The notes: generated by a model from the sequence alone, not told the origin. Positions 40,985 to 50,717 are shown, counted from the first letter of the stretch. The stretch is DNA of 64,000 nt from an uncultured Candidatus Saccharibacteria bacterium (GCA_965231155.1 OZ246418.1:433242-497241), one strand, 5' to 3'. Numbers and translations: made by a program.

Positions 40985-42406
40985 TTATTTTATTTCTTTT
41001 TCTCCTGATTTATAAATAACCAACGGCGAAGCATTTTTTTTCCAGGCGCCAATGATTGGATCAATAAACTGCCAACTTGCTTTGATTTCTTCGGTGCTCA
41101 CAAAGAGCATTTGATTTCCATCAATGACATCCTGAAGGAGTTTATCATAAGCATCGATAAAGGGAAGATGAGGGTAGGCTTGTTGATAATCAAAGAAGAA
41201 ATCTTTTTCTTCAACTATCATTTCTGTGCCAGGTTTTTTTACCCAAAAGGAGAGAGTGATTTTCTCACCGGGCTGAATCCGATAGCGAAGTGTATTTTGA
41301 TAGTGAAGGGATGAACCAAGACCAGGACAAAGACAGGGGGATGGTGGTTTGAAAGTAATGATAACCTCGACTTCTGATCGGTTCATTTTTTTACCCCCTT
41401 CGAGGAAGATGTCTACTCCTTTCCAGCGAGGCGTATCTATGGAAGTCTGGAGGCGGAAGTAGGTTTCCGTGAGCGACTTCCGATCGATCATTTTTTCTGT
41501 CTTGTAGTCATCATACTGTCCACGAATTGTTTTCTGGGAGACATCTTTTGGCTTGAAAGGAGTGAGTTTTTGAATGACTTTCGCTCGCTCCCGATGGATC
41601 TTTTTTGCTTCTAGGGTGCCTGGATTTTCCATGGTGAAAAGAGAAAGGAGTTGGAGAAGGTGATTCTGTCCAACATCGCGCAATGCACCGGTTGCATCAT
41701 AAAACTCACCTCGTGATCCAACACCTTCTTTTTCCCAGAACTTTATGTGGATACTTTGGATATTTTTCTTGTTCCAAGATGGTTCAAAAATAGCATTTGA
41801 GAAACGGAAGGCCATAATGTTCTGGACAGTTTCTTTACCAAGATAGTGATCGATGCGGTATATTTGTTCTTCTCGAAATAGTTTCCCAAGAAGTAGATCA
41901 AGGTTTTCAGCAGTTTTTGCGTCCTTTCCAAATGGTTTCTCCACAACTACTCGTGTCCAACCCTCTTCTGGACTACAGGGTATGGTCAGTCCGGAGTTCT
42001 TTAGATTTTTGAAAATAGTGGTGTAATGGTCTGGTGCAGTGGAAAGATAGAAAAGTTTATTAGCACAAGTTTTCCATTGTTTGTCTTGAGCGCCAAGGAG
42101 TGTGGCTAGAGTAGCGTAGCCTTCTTTTTGATCAAATAGCCCTTGCGTGTAGGTGATCAGTTTCAAAAAGGATTCAAGATCTTTATCTTTTTGGTGATTT
42201 CTGAAGGCTTTTAAGTTTTTGAGTGTTTTCCTGAATTCCTCCGTACTCATCTCTCGTCTCGAAAACCCCACTATCTGAAAGAGGGGAGGGAGAAGTTTCT
42301 TTTGATGGAGTCGGAAGAGGGCGGGGATTATTTTTTGACTTGCCAGGTCTCCGGTTGCTCCAAAGATGACGAAGATGGTGGGAAGATAGCTGGGCTGAGT
42401 TGCCAT
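40985..42406 (-). CDS. zwf: glucose-6-phosphate 1-dehydrogenase
   Basis: IFGATGDLASQKIIPALF; RIDHYLGKE active-site motif. Confidence 0.9.
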   Translation of the reverse strand: MATQPSYLPTIFVIFGATGDLASQKIIPALFRLHQKKLLPPLFQIVGFSRREMSTEEFRKTLKNLKAFRNHQKDKDLESFLKLITYTQGLFDQKEGYATLATLLGAQDKQWKTCANKLFYLSTAPDHYTTIFKNLKNSGLTIPCSPEEGWTRVVVEKPFGKDAKTAENLDLLLGKLFREEQIYRIDHYLGKETVQNIMAFRFSNAIFEPSWNKKNIQSIHIKFWEKEGVGSRGEFYDATGALRDVGQNHLLQLLSLFTMENPGTLEAKKIHRERAKVIQKLTPFKPKDVSQKTIRGQYDDYKTEKMIDRKSLTETYFRLQTSIDTPRWKGVDIFLEGGKKMNRSEVEVIITFKPPSPCLCPGLGSSLHYQNTLRYRIQPGEKITLSFWVKKPGTEMIVEEKDFFFDYQQAYPHLPFIDAYDKLLQDVIDGNQMLFVSTEEIKASWQFIDPIIGAWKKNASPLVIYKSGEKEIK

Positions 42407-42449
42407 ATGGGGGTATTGTAGCAGACCTCTCTCCGAACAGAAAATCTTC

Positions 42450-44027
42450 CTATTTTTTGTTCGTCACACCAACAATAGTGTCTCCTTCGTTTAATCCAGA
42501 AAGGATCTCTGCGAACCCATTCTGACCCCTAAGGCCAATAGTAATTGAGGTAGTGACGTTCTCGGTCCCGACTTGCTTTATCACAAATGCTCCGTCTTTG
42601 TTTTCAGTGATGGCATACTGAGGGACAACGAGAATATTATCTTTTTGGACAGTTTTGATGGTTAAGTTTGCAGTGAGACCACTCTTCATTCGTGAGTCAT
42701 TCTTATCGAACACTACTTTTATTTTGAAGTTAGTCACACCATCAACAATGGTTTCGGCAGGATCAATATAGGTAAGTTTGGCCAGGAAGCTTTCCTGAGG
42801 AAAGGCGTCGATAGTCACGACGATCTGGTTACCAACCAGCACCTTCCCGATATCAGCTTCTGGTACATTTGCTTCGATTTCTAATTTGCCCTCGGAGATG
42901 AGTGAAATGACAGGGGTGTTTGGAGAAGCAATCTCCCCAGCCTTGGCATCCTGTTTGGTGATTACGCCAGAGAACGGCGCTCGGATAATACCTTTCTGCA
43001 TTTGTGCTTCAGTGGCTTGCACACGAGCTTCTGCTTGTTTTACTTGGGCAACCTGAGAGGCGATGCTTTCTGGAGTATTGCCAGCCAGTGTTCGATTCAG
43101 ATCAGCTTCCGCTTGTTTCACTGCGAGCTTATCGGTTCGAATGGTTTGGATGGTCGTATTGATACTGACGAGTGCTGCTGCAATATTGGTGCGCGCAGTA
43201 TTGATATTCGTTTTATAAGTAGCAAGATCTGTAGATGAAAGAGAGTGGTTGCTGTTGGTAGCAGTCATCAAGTCAGAAAGAAAGTCTCTAAAAAAAGCAA
43301 GATTATTAGCACCTTTTGTGAGGGTGCTATCCAAGATTGTTCTGTCTGTGGTCCCTGAAATTGTGGCCAGGTCTTTTTTCCAGTTGTTTAATCGACCAGA
43401 AGACTCCTGCCGTTCATTCTCTAGATCGCTTTGGAGTTGTGAATTGTTAATGGAGAAGCTTAACTGGACATTTGATTCCTCGTCATTTTGGAAAAGAGCA
43501 TCCAACTGTTTTCGGATGGCATCATCAGCTTTAATGTAGGCATCATTTAAGACATCGACAACACCTTGATATTGGTTTTCTAGCTCTTGATTCTTGGTAG
43601 CGAGAGCAGCCTGTTTAATTTGGATATCCTCAGGGCGTGAACCTTTCTGCATCTCTTGGAGTAGGGCGCGCTGACTTTCTACGCTTGCTTGTTGTTCTGC
43701 TCGTTGGGCGAGGAGTTGTCCCTGGTCAAGGTAGGCGAGGATTTGTCCGGCGCTGACTCGACTGCCCACTCGTACATTGGCTTGGGCTATTTTGCCACTT
43801 TGTTCGAAGGCGAGGCTAACCTCTTCGAAGGGTTTGGTGACGCCGGTGACCCTTACTTCTTGATAGAGACTGCCCCGTTGTACGGTGATGGTTTCCTTGG
43901 TGGCTTCTTGGGGTTTGAGGAAGGTGAAATAGATAACTAGAAAGCCGAGAAGGAGACCAGCGATGATTCGTTGTTTTCGTGAGGTATTTTTTAGGCGAAC
44001 AATTAAGTGATGAATCTTTTGTTTCAT
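42450..44027 (-). CDS. HlyD-family membrane-fusion/periplasmic adaptor protein
   Basis: N-terminal TM, long coiled-coil, beta-barrel C-terminus (VGTENVTTSITIGLRGQNGFAEILSGLNEGDTIV). Confidence 0.7.
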   Translation of the reverse strand: MKQKIHHLIVRLKNTSRKQRIIAGLLLGFLVIYFTFLKPQEATKETITVQRGSLYQEVRVTGVTKPFEEVSLAFEQSGKIAQANVRVGSRVSAGQILAYLDQGQLLAQRAEQQASVESQRALLQEMQKGSRPEDIQIKQAALATKNQELENQYQGVVDVLNDAYIKADDAIRKQLDALFQNDEESNVQLSFSINNSQLQSDLENERQESSGRLNNWKKDLATISGTTDRTILDSTLTKGANNLAFFRDFLSDLMTATNSNHSLSSTDLATYKTNINTARTNIAAALVSINTTIQTIRTDKLAVKQAEADLNRTLAGNTPESIASQVAQVKQAEARVQATEAQMQKGIIRAPFSGVITKQDAKAGEIASPNTPVISLISEGKLEIEANVPEADIGKVLVGNQIVVTIDAFPQESFLAKLTYIDPAETIVDGVTNFKIKVVFDKNDSRMKSGLTANLTIKTVQKDNILVVPQYAITENKDGAFVIKQVGTENVTTSITIGLRGQNGFAEILSGLNEGDTIVGVTNKK

Positions 44028-44060
44028 TTTTGAGGAAAAGTCTATATTCTTCAGTTTACT

Positions 44061-44411
44061 TTAAAATAGTCGAGGGAGGAAGATCATGAGGCCGATGGCC
44101 AGAGCAGCGGAGCTGTTGAGGAGTACTAGAGCGGCCATCATATCCTTGGCTTTTCCTATGACAGGATGGTGATTTGGCTCTAGCTCATCACAGATATCCT
44201 CGAGGATAGTGTTAAGAATTTCAGAACCGAGGACGAGTATTATAGAAAGGATCACGAAAAACCATTCTGTATGACTAATACCAAAATACCAGCCAGCGGT
44301 AATCACAAGTAGGCTGGCTATGCTTTGGAGGGAGAAGTTTAACTCTTCCCTGAAGACATAGCGGAGCCCTTTAAAGGCATAAGAGAAACTTTTCAAGAAA
44401 TGAATGAGCAT
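44061..44411 (-). CDS. dgkA: diacylglycerol kinase / undecaprenol kinase (DgkA family)
   Basis: 116 aa, 3 TM; SEILNTILEDICDELEPNHHPVIGKAKDMMAALV. Confidence 0.75.
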   Translation of the reverse strand: MLIHFLKSFSYAFKGLRYVFREELNFSLQSIASLLVITAGWYFGISHTEWFFVILSIILVLGSEILNTILEDICDELEPNHHPVIGKAKDMMAALVLLNSSAALAIGLMIFLPRLF

Positions 44412-44506
44412 AAGGCTGTGGATAGAATTTTATTTTTCTTCAGTGTATACTAAAAAATGTTAGGTTAGAATAGGAGGTATAAAAATATTAATAATCCTGA
44501 TTTTTC

Positions 44507-44665
44507 TGATGAAGACTGATTACTTCTGCAATAAGTGCAATGTCAGCTTTTCCGAATCGAAGCTTCCCAATATCAATCGAACTCATTTTTGTGGTGATCT
44601 TGCCCGAGTAACCGAGTTCTCTGATGAAGGTGAGTCGGCAACGCAGGAAGAGTCACACGGTCACT
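44507..44665 (+). CDS. possible small zinc-finger-like protein (52 aa), weak RBS
   Basis: MKTDYFCNKCNVSFSESKLPNINRTHFCGDL... (C-x2-C…H-x-C); the ORF ends right at a hairpin terminator, but no good SD is visible. Confidence 0.25.
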
Positions 44666-44692
44666 AACCCCCTTCACGGGGGATTTTGCCTT
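44666..44692 (+). terminator. plus-strand rho-independent terminator with no annotated upstream gene
   Basis: CCCCC-ttcac-GGGGG followed by ATTTTGCCTTTT. Confidence 0.45.
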
Positions 44693-44718
44693 TTAGAGCC
44701 AACTCTCACAACGAGAGT

Positions 44719-45897
44719 TTATTTTTCTTTTTCAAACTGAGAGATCTCGGAGGTCTTAATAGGATACTGCTTGTTGCGATAGACTTCTGAAACGATACGA
44801 TTAATGAGCCAGGTTGCGCCAAGAAGGAAGACGAAATAGACCAGACCGATTGGTGTAAACTGGGGCCAGGTGTCTTTGCCGAGATAACCCAAGATACCAG
44901 CCACTACGCCAATAGTAGTGATTAGCTGGAGAGAGGAGATAGTGTTTTTCGTACTCTTACCCTGAAGTTCGTTCATCAGCTCGACGGTACCATGAAGATA
45001 ATTGGCAGTCATTTTCCAGAGATTTTTAATGTAACTTAAAGTATCAGCAAGGGTTTCAAATTTGAACTGAAAGAGAGGGTGAAGGTTTTGATCTATGAGG
45101 GAGAGGTCGGTGAGTTTTTGACGAGTTTTTAAATAGGCATCCATCTGATCAATGCGGGCACCAATGAGATTCACTGTTTTCTCATAATCAGCCAACTGAT
45201 TACGAAGTTTATCGATATCAACACCCTTAATCTGGTGCTGCTCTTTAATGGTTGCAATCTTTTCCCAGATGGTTCGATGGATCGCAAGATAGCGATGAAG
45301 TTGGGTTTTGAACTCGCGGAAAAATATCTGAGATTCAATGATGGAGCGTAGGAGTTCTTCGTTCGTCAGATTATGTATGACGATGAGGCCTGAGCCACGA
45401 TAGACAGCAACACGTTTCGCTTTAGTGGTTGAGTAAATTGCTTCTTCAAGGCTCGTGAATAATTTTTTAATCTGAGTTTCATTGCCACCGGTTACTGTAA
45501 GGATGAAGGGGAGAATGGTTCTAATATTGGCCAGCTCTTTGGGGACGGGAGCCCCCTTACTAAAGATGAGTGAAAGCGATAGAGAGAGCTTATTGTCGTA
45601 ATAAGATTTTATTGTTGCCAGATCTTTTTTTAGGTCGTCACTTTCTTTTTCTAGAGTAATGAGGCCATCTTCGTAGATGCGACAGGAGATGCCTTGCTGT
45701 GTGATGAGCTCGAGATATTCAAGAGGTCCACTTTTTCTTTCGAGGCTTTTGATTTCTAATCGGTTGATGGCTTTTCGTATTTCATTTTTTGAAAATCCTA
45801 GTGGCGAACTTTCGTATTTTAGAAAGTCCCACACCTCAGTGAGGTGGAGTGTAGTACGCTGAAACCAACCACCAATGGCGATGTTTTTTATTTTCAT
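44719..45897 (-). CDS. hypothetical coiled-coil protein with C-terminal 2-TM anchor
   Basis: 392 aa; CorA-like topology but no GMN motif. Confidence 0.4.
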   Translation of the reverse strand: MKIKNIAIGGWFQRTTLHLTEVWDFLKYESSPLGFSKNEIRKAINRLEIKSLERKSGPLEYLELITQQGISCRIYEDGLITLEKESDDLKKDLATIKSYYDNKLSLSLSLIFSKGAPVPKELANIRTILPFILTVTGGNETQIKKLFTSLEEAIYSTTKAKRVAVYRGSGLIVIHNLTNEELLRSIIESQIFFREFKTQLHRYLAIHRTIWEKIATIKEQHQIKGVDIDKLRNQLADYEKTVNLIGARIDQMDAYLKTRQKLTDLSLIDQNLHPLFQFKFETLADTLSYIKNLWKMTANYLHGTVELMNELQGKSTKNTISSLQLITTIGVVAGILGYLGKDTWPQFTPIGLVYFVFLLGATWLINRIVSEVYRNKQYPIKTSEISQFEKEK

Positions 45898-45950
45898 CTC
45901 ACGTGTAATTATATTCTGAGATTGATGTTCGCGAAACTCCAGCTGGAGGT

Positions 45951-46400
45951 TTAGAGGGCAAGATGTTTTTTTAGGATGCCCCGGAAAATATGATCGCGAG
46001 TGACGATACCGACCAGAACATCGTTTTGGACAACTGGTAAACGATGCAAGCCGTGAGAAAGCATGAGGGAGCCAGCTCGTAATACAGGTGCGTCCGGATG
46101 GATTGTATACACCTGATGATTAACAATCTCTGCGATTGGTCGTTGCTTCAACTCCTCAATTTTTTCTTCGCGGAGTTCGTAATCCAGATAGGCTTCCGGA
46201 TGCTTGTAAAAATCTCGATAGCTCGGATAGAGGAGTCTGAAGAGATCTTTCTCGGAGATAACGCCGATTAGTTTTCCTGTTCGGTCAACCACTGGCGCAC
46301 CACTGATTTTCTTCTCATATAGTTCTCGGGCAACTTCCTCATATGTCAGGTCGGCTGGGATAATAATAATCTCAGTTTCCATAATCTCTTTCACTTTCAT
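45951..46400 (-). CDS. CBS-domain pair protein
   Basis: Two CBS repeats (GKLIGVISEKDLFRLL; VLVGIVTRDHIFRGIL). Confidence 0.75.
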   Translation of the reverse strand: MKVKEIMETEIIIIPADLTYEEVARELYEKKISGAPVVDRTGKLIGVISEKDLFRLLYPSYRDFYKHPEAYLDYELREEKIEELKQRPIAEIVNHQVYTIHPDAPVLRAGSLMLSHGLHRLPVVQNDVLVGIVTRDHIFRGILKKHLAL

Positions 46401-46459
46401 GTGAGTAGTGATTGATGATTAGTATTCGACCTTTTTGTTCGGGGAGGTAGTTGTGTGTT

Positions 46460-47320
46460 TTATTTAAAATCCCTGACGAAATGCAATGGATCGACCGAAG
46501 TGTCACCGACTTTTATGCTGAGGTGAAGGTGGGGTCCGGTGGCATAGCCAGTCTGACCGACGGTGCCGATAATTTGTCCTTGTTTTACTGTTTCGCCAGC
46601 TTGCACGTTCATTTTTTGAAGATGAAGATACATAGTGAATAGATATCCGCCGTGGTCGATAATAATTGAATTGCCGTTGACTGTGTCGACGTAGGCCTTG
46701 ACTACTCGGCCATCGTTCATAGCGGCTACTGGTTTGCCTTCCGGTGAGCCAAGATCAATACCGAAATGATTGATTAACGAGTTTCCTGTTTGGTGAACAG
46801 TGCCATAAAAGTTGGTAACTCTATTTTTGTAGAGAGGCAGGCCGAAGGCGTTCGTGAAAAAGACGGTTTCGCTGGAACTTGTGAACGTACTGGTGAGATC
46901 AGTTTTATTTGTGGCCAGCTTTTCTTTGAGTTTCTTAGGAGTGAGATCGAGTTTCTCAGGAATACCAAGAACGATTTTTTTAAAAACGATTTTCTTTACG
47001 GTCACCACTTCTTCCTGTGTCTGTCCGTTGGCCAGAGTGAACTTCAATACATAGTTCCCGGGGGTCTGATTATAGGGCACTGCGAAGACGAGGCGAGTTT
47101 TATTCTTGTAGGTATAACTATAGGCTGGTTTGCCGTCGAAGGAGGCGATGGAAACTGGCTGATCGGTGTTAAGTGTTACAAAGACCGCATCACCTGGCTG
47201 AGGGACGGTCGGGGAGAGGCTGACGTTTGTTTCGGCCTGAGTGACTTGAAGCCCAAGGAGTATAAAGACGCTAAAGATAGCTATAAAGATTCGTCTGGTC
47301 ATTTGTTGATAGTATACCAC
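46460..47320 (-). CDS. M23-family metallopeptidase (LytM-like)
   Basis: Signal peptide; HxxxD...GIDLG...GQTGYATGPHLHLSI block. Confidence 0.8.
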   Translation of the reverse strand: MVYYQQMTRRIFIAIFSVFILLGLQVTQAETNVSLSPTVPQPGDAVFVTLNTDQPVSIASFDGKPAYSYTYKNKTRLVFAVPYNQTPGNYVLKFTLANGQTQEEVVTVKKIVFKKIVLGIPEKLDLTPKKLKEKLATNKTDLTSTFTSSSETVFFTNAFGLPLYKNRVTNFYGTVHQTGNSLINHFGIDLGSPEGKPVAAMNDGRVVKAYVDTVNGNSIIIDHGGYLFTMYLHLQKMNVQAGETVKQGQIIGTVGQTGYATGPHLHLSIKVGDTSVDPLHFVRDFK

Positions 47321-47396
47321 TATATATCTATGAAGTTTCTTGGCCCTCTTTACAGCATTTCCTTATTTGGGCAATCCGTGTCTATAATGGTCATAT

Positions 47397-48362
47397 ATGC
47401 TGATTGATGATATTACAATTCACGTTACGGCTGGCCATGGAGGTAAGGGAGCAGTGGCGTTTAATAAAAACTTAATGAGCTTGGGTCCGGCTGGTGGCAG
47501 TGGGGGAAATGGGGCCAGTATCTATGCGGTGGGTGTGTCTGACTTGGCGGCGTTACGTCAGTTTCGGTTTACTAAAAAAATTAAGGCCGAAGATGGCAAG
47601 GATGGTCGAGGTCAGTTTGTGGATGGTCGTCGTGGCGAGGAGTTGGTGCTGAAGTTGCCGGTAGGTACCGTGGTGCACTTTCCTCAGGGGAGTCCACGGG
47701 AGATTACGAAAGTGGGAGAGCGGCTACTCCTGGCTCGTGGCGGAAAAGGTGGTCGGGGAAATTTCCATTTTCGATCTTCAACAAATACTAGTCCTAAACA
47801 GTTTGAGTATGGGACGCCAGCTGAGGAAAAAGATCTCCGTCTTGAACTGAAGTTGATTGCTGATATTGGTTTTGTGGGGTTGCCGAATGTGGGAAAGTCG
47901 AGTCTTTTAAATATCATCACTAAGGCCCAGGCTCGAGTAGCGAACTATCCGTTCACAACGCTTGAACCTAACTTAGGCGTGTACGAGGATTTAATTTTGG
48001 CGGATATTCCGGGATTGATCGAAGGTGCTTCTGAAGGTAAGGGTTTGGGAGTGCGTTTTTTGCGACACGTGGAACGAACGAGAGTGTTGTTCCATTTTGT
48101 TGCTGCCGACTCCGAGGATCCTATGAAAGATTACAAGATTATTCGTGGCGAACTAAAGGCCTATAATCCTGCGCTTCTGGAGAAGCCAGAGTATATTTTT
48201 GTGAGTCGTTCGGATATGGCTTCCGAGAAAGAGATTCTAGCGGTGGTGAAAAAATTTGAGAAGTTAAAAAAGCCTTGTCAGGCAATGTCTATTTTGGATG
48301 ACAAGAGTATTGAGCGCGTTCGCATCCTACTGAACGATCTGAACGTTGCCAAGCACGCTTGA
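47397..48362 (+). CDS. obg: GTPase Obg
   Basis: Gly-rich Obg fold HVTAGHGGKGAVAF...GGSGGNGASIY...KDGRGQFVDGRRGEELVLKLPVGTVV, then G-domain GFVGLPNVGKSSLLN...DIPGLIEGASEGKG. Confidence 0.9.
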   Translation: MLIDDITIHVTAGHGGKGAVAFNKNLMSLGPAGGSGGNGASIYAVGVSDLAALRQFRFTKKIKAEDGKDGRGQFVDGRRGEELVLKLPVGTVVHFPQGSPREITKVGERLLLARGGKGGRGNFHFRSSTNTSPKQFEYGTPAEEKDLRLELKLIADIGFVGLPNVGKSSLLNIITKAQARVANYPFTTLEPNLGVYEDLILADIPGLIEGASEGKGLGVRFLRHVERTRVLFHFVAADSEDPMKDYKIIRGELKAYNPALLEKPEYIFVSRSDMASEKEILAVVKKFEKLKKPCQAMSILDDKSIERVRILLNDLNVAKHA

Positions 48363-48424
48363 TATTCAAGTAGAAAGTAAGAAAGCGGGGCTTAGCAGTA
48401 ATTGTGCTTAGAATGAACAGTTGA

Positions 48425-48811
48425 CTAGTTCAGAGTTGGTTTTTTATCTTTGTTTTTCTCTTGACGTCGGATGAGTTCTTCAAGAATTTCTTGTTGTTTC
48501 TTAGGATCGTTTGTAACTTCTCCAATAATTTTTTCGATCTCCTTTCTTATAGGATCTTTTGGAAGGGGGTTAGGCGTAATCTCTACTTCCTGAATATCTG
48601 GACTGATTGGTAGGGGCATTTCTGGAGATTCGTGGTTAGGGATATCATCTTCCTCGCCCATTTCCGGGACTATTTTTCGTTGACCAATTTCTGGTTGATC
48701 GTGAGGATTGCCCATCTCTGGTTTCGGTTCGTCGTGATGGCCGGGAATAATAATATCCGGACCATCTTCGCTGTAATCGATTTCTCGCGGTCCCATACTT
48801 TCTTTGTTCAT
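48425..48811 (-). CDS. hypothetical acidic/Pro-Glu-rich low-complexity protein
   Basis: 128 aa, no TM, no motif. Confidence 0.35.
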   Translation of the reverse strand: MNKESMGPREIDYSEDGPDIIIPGHHDEPKPEMGNPHDQPEIGQRKIVPEMGEEDDIPNHESPEMPLPISPDIQEVEITPNPLPKDPIRKEIEKIIGEVTNDPKKQQEILEELIRRQEKNKDKKPTLN

Positions 48812-48898
48812 GTTTTTATTCTACCAGATGAGTTGAGACTTGACTAAGTTATGGAGAGTGGTTGAATGACAGTAGTTTACCATGAAAGGAGAAAAAAC

Positions 48899-49042
48899 AT
48901 GGCGCGAAGAAAGAGCGTGAAGGAGCTAACCTGGGCGGAGTACCTGGAGGCGGTGGTGGTTGCTTTGGCATTTCTTATCCTGAGGCCCACGCTGGGTCGT
49001 GTTGCAGCGCCGTTCGGTCCTCCGACGGAGTTTGATGAATAA
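48899..49042 (+). CDS. possible 47-aa single-TM small protein (not in the ORF track because under 60 aa)
   Basis: AAAGGAGAAAAAAC-ATG RBS; MARRKSVKELTWAEYLEAVVVALAFLILRPTLGRVAAPFGPPTEFDE; locally GC-enriched. Confidence 0.3.
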   Translation: MARRKSVKELTWAEYLEAVVVALAFLILRPTLGRVAAPFGPPTEFDE

Positions 49043-49109
49043 ACGACTTCTTCGATTTCACATCGAACCAGCCGTTTTTTTATTTACTGCCTGCGAAGAT
49101 AAGGAGTCC

Positions 49110-49688
49110 TCAGCCGAGGATTTTTTTCTTGAGTTCGGTCATTTTCTGAGGATCGAGTTTGGCTTCTGTGATAATCATTTTCAATCCTAAGTCATAGAAT
49201 TTCTCATCGGTAACTAAGTCCAGGAGCTCATCAAAGGTTACTGTTTTGAGGGCGATCTTTTCTCCGGCGTCGAGTTTTTGTTCGCTGGTTTTCATGCAAT
49301 TTTTGGCAATGAAGGTATAGATTGCCCAGTCCATTTTTATTACGGGTTCTTCGGCTGAAAGAAGACTCCATTCATTACTAGTGTAGCCGGATTCTTCCCG
49401 GAGTTCTCTCTTGGCTGCTTCGAGTATTCCTTCTCTTTCGTCAACACGACCACCGAGAAGCCCGATGTCTGATGGTCTACCGGGTTGTTCCTGCTCGGAG
49501 ATAAGGATCTTTCCATCGGGGAGTACCGGAATGGTGAGTGCTGTGTCTGGCCGTTTTAGTTTTTCAAAAGTGGCCGTAGTGCCGTCGTACATTTTTTGTT
49601 CCCACTGGTAGACATCAAAAACAACACCTTTGAAGACTCGTTTCGCTTCGGGTGGGATGCCATTCTTTTTTTGCGGGATGATATTCAT
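49110..49688 (-). CDS. NUDIX hydrolase
   Basis: NUDIX box GGRVDEREGILEAAKRELREESG; start trimmed to MNIIPQ (ATG at 49688) to avoid overlapping the upstream gene. Confidence 0.7.
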   Translation of the reverse strand: MNIIPQKKNGIPPEAKRVFKGVVFDVYQWEQKMYDGTTATFEKLKRPDTALTIPVLPDGKILISEQEQPGRPSDIGLLGGRVDEREGILEAAKRELREESGYTSNEWSLLSAEEPVIKMDWAIYTFIAKNCMKTSEQKLDAGEKIALKTVTFDELLDLVTDEKFYDLGLKMIITEAKLDPQKMTELKKKILG

Positions 49689-49704
49689 CTTTTGGTTATA
49701 TCCC

Positions 49705-50283
49705 TTAGTCACCCATTTGCCAAGCTTTAATGGCGGGAATGGGGGAGATAAGCATGATGATATTAAGAAGTAGGCTGTCACGAATCCAGAGGGCAAGGAT
49801 GATTTCTATAACGATCATAAGGAGAATGGTTGCCCAGGATGGGAGTTTGTAAGCCATAAGGAAACCGATAATGCAGCCAAATATATCGCCCATGGTATTG
49901 AGAATGCTATCGCCATAATAATCGAGAGAGATGGTGGCTTCACGATAGCGATTGATAACAAAATCGGTGTTTTCAAAAATCTCCCAACCAGCCTCCAGCC
50001 CAACTGCGAGAACAAGTCTCTGGCCTACTGTCAGTCTTTTTCTGAAAAAGAGCCAAAGAAAAAAATATAAAAGAATACCGTGAATAATGTGCGTAAAGGT
50101 ATAGGGATCAAACAGTTGCTGAGAGTTTTGGTCGCTTTGTACATTTCCTGACCACAATCCTGGTGGGCCATACTTGTACCAAGGTGTCTGCCCCATTGAG
50201 AGAAGAACAGCTCCTGCGAGAAGAAGCACCCCGCCGATAAGGAGCCAGTGTTTTTGAGAGACGTCTAAGAACATTCTTTTCAT
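49705..50283 (-). CDS. polytopic membrane protein (DUF2585/UPF0314-like)
   Basis: 192 aa, 5 TM; FDPYTFTHIIHG block. Confidence 0.4.
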   Translation of the reverse strand: MKRMFLDVSQKHWLLIGGVLLLAGAVLLSMGQTPWYKYGPPGLWSGNVQSDQNSQQLFDPYTFTHIIHGILLYFFLWLFFRKRLTVGQRLVLAVGLEAGWEIFENTDFVINRYREATISLDYYGDSILNTMGDIFGCIIGFLMAYKLPSWATILLMIVIEIILALWIRDSLLLNIIMLISPIPAIKAWQMGD

Positions 50284-50390
50284 TATATCGGTTTCGGAGG
50301 AATTTGGGTAAAAAAAACCGGCACATGAAGTGTCGGTACCTGTGGGTTGCCTACAGGCGGAGGGCTAGGGGTGAAGGTTCGCGTTGGCGA

Positions 50391-50717
50391 TCAGGCCTTG
50401 GCCGTGGTCTGGGTGTTGAAGCCGTCGATGAAAGCCTGGATCTCCTCCGGCGTTGCCTGGACGAAACCGCCGCCACGGGTGTTGCCGAGCAGGTAGCTTC
50501 CGTCGGCGAGCTTCGCCGCCTTGATGCAGTTCGGGGCGCCCGCGCCGCTGAACTTCCGCCAGTTGAGGTGTCCGGGATTGATCGGACTTCTGGAGACGCG
50601 ACCGCCGTGGTTGAGCGACACCATGATCTCGGCGCTCCTGTTCTTGCGGCCCATGCGGCGACCGTCGCTCTGACGGGGTTGGCGGCTATTACGGCCATGA
50701 CGCTTCTGGCTACTCAT
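50391..50717 (-). CDS. hypothetical small basic protein encoded in a GC-rich (about 62% GC, GC3 above 80%) island
   Basis: 108 aa; AGGAGGT Shine-Dalgarno 5 nt upstream of the ATG; Arg/Lys-rich N-terminus (SSQKRHGRNSRQPRQSDGRRMGRKNRSAE) and Gly-rich C-terminal half; codon usage unlike the flanking genes. Confidence 0.5.
   Translation of the reverse strand: MSSQKRHGRNSRQPRQSDGRRMGRKNRSAEIMVSLNHGGRVSRSPINPGHLNWRKFSGAGAPNCIKAAKLADGSYLLGNTRGGGFVQATPEEIQAFIDGFNTQTTAKA

Noticed and set aside
44500-44665. Possible hammerhead ribozyme suggested by two CUGAUGA boxes
   Set aside because: Sequences following the CUGAUGA boxes do not form the required stem II/GAAA/stem III arrangement (GUGAGUC…GAGUCAC are direct, not inverted, repeats)
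46790-47407. 205-aa plus-strand ORF overlapping the M23 peptidase gene
   Set aside because: Antisense shadow ORF; the M23 assignment on the minus strand is motif-supported
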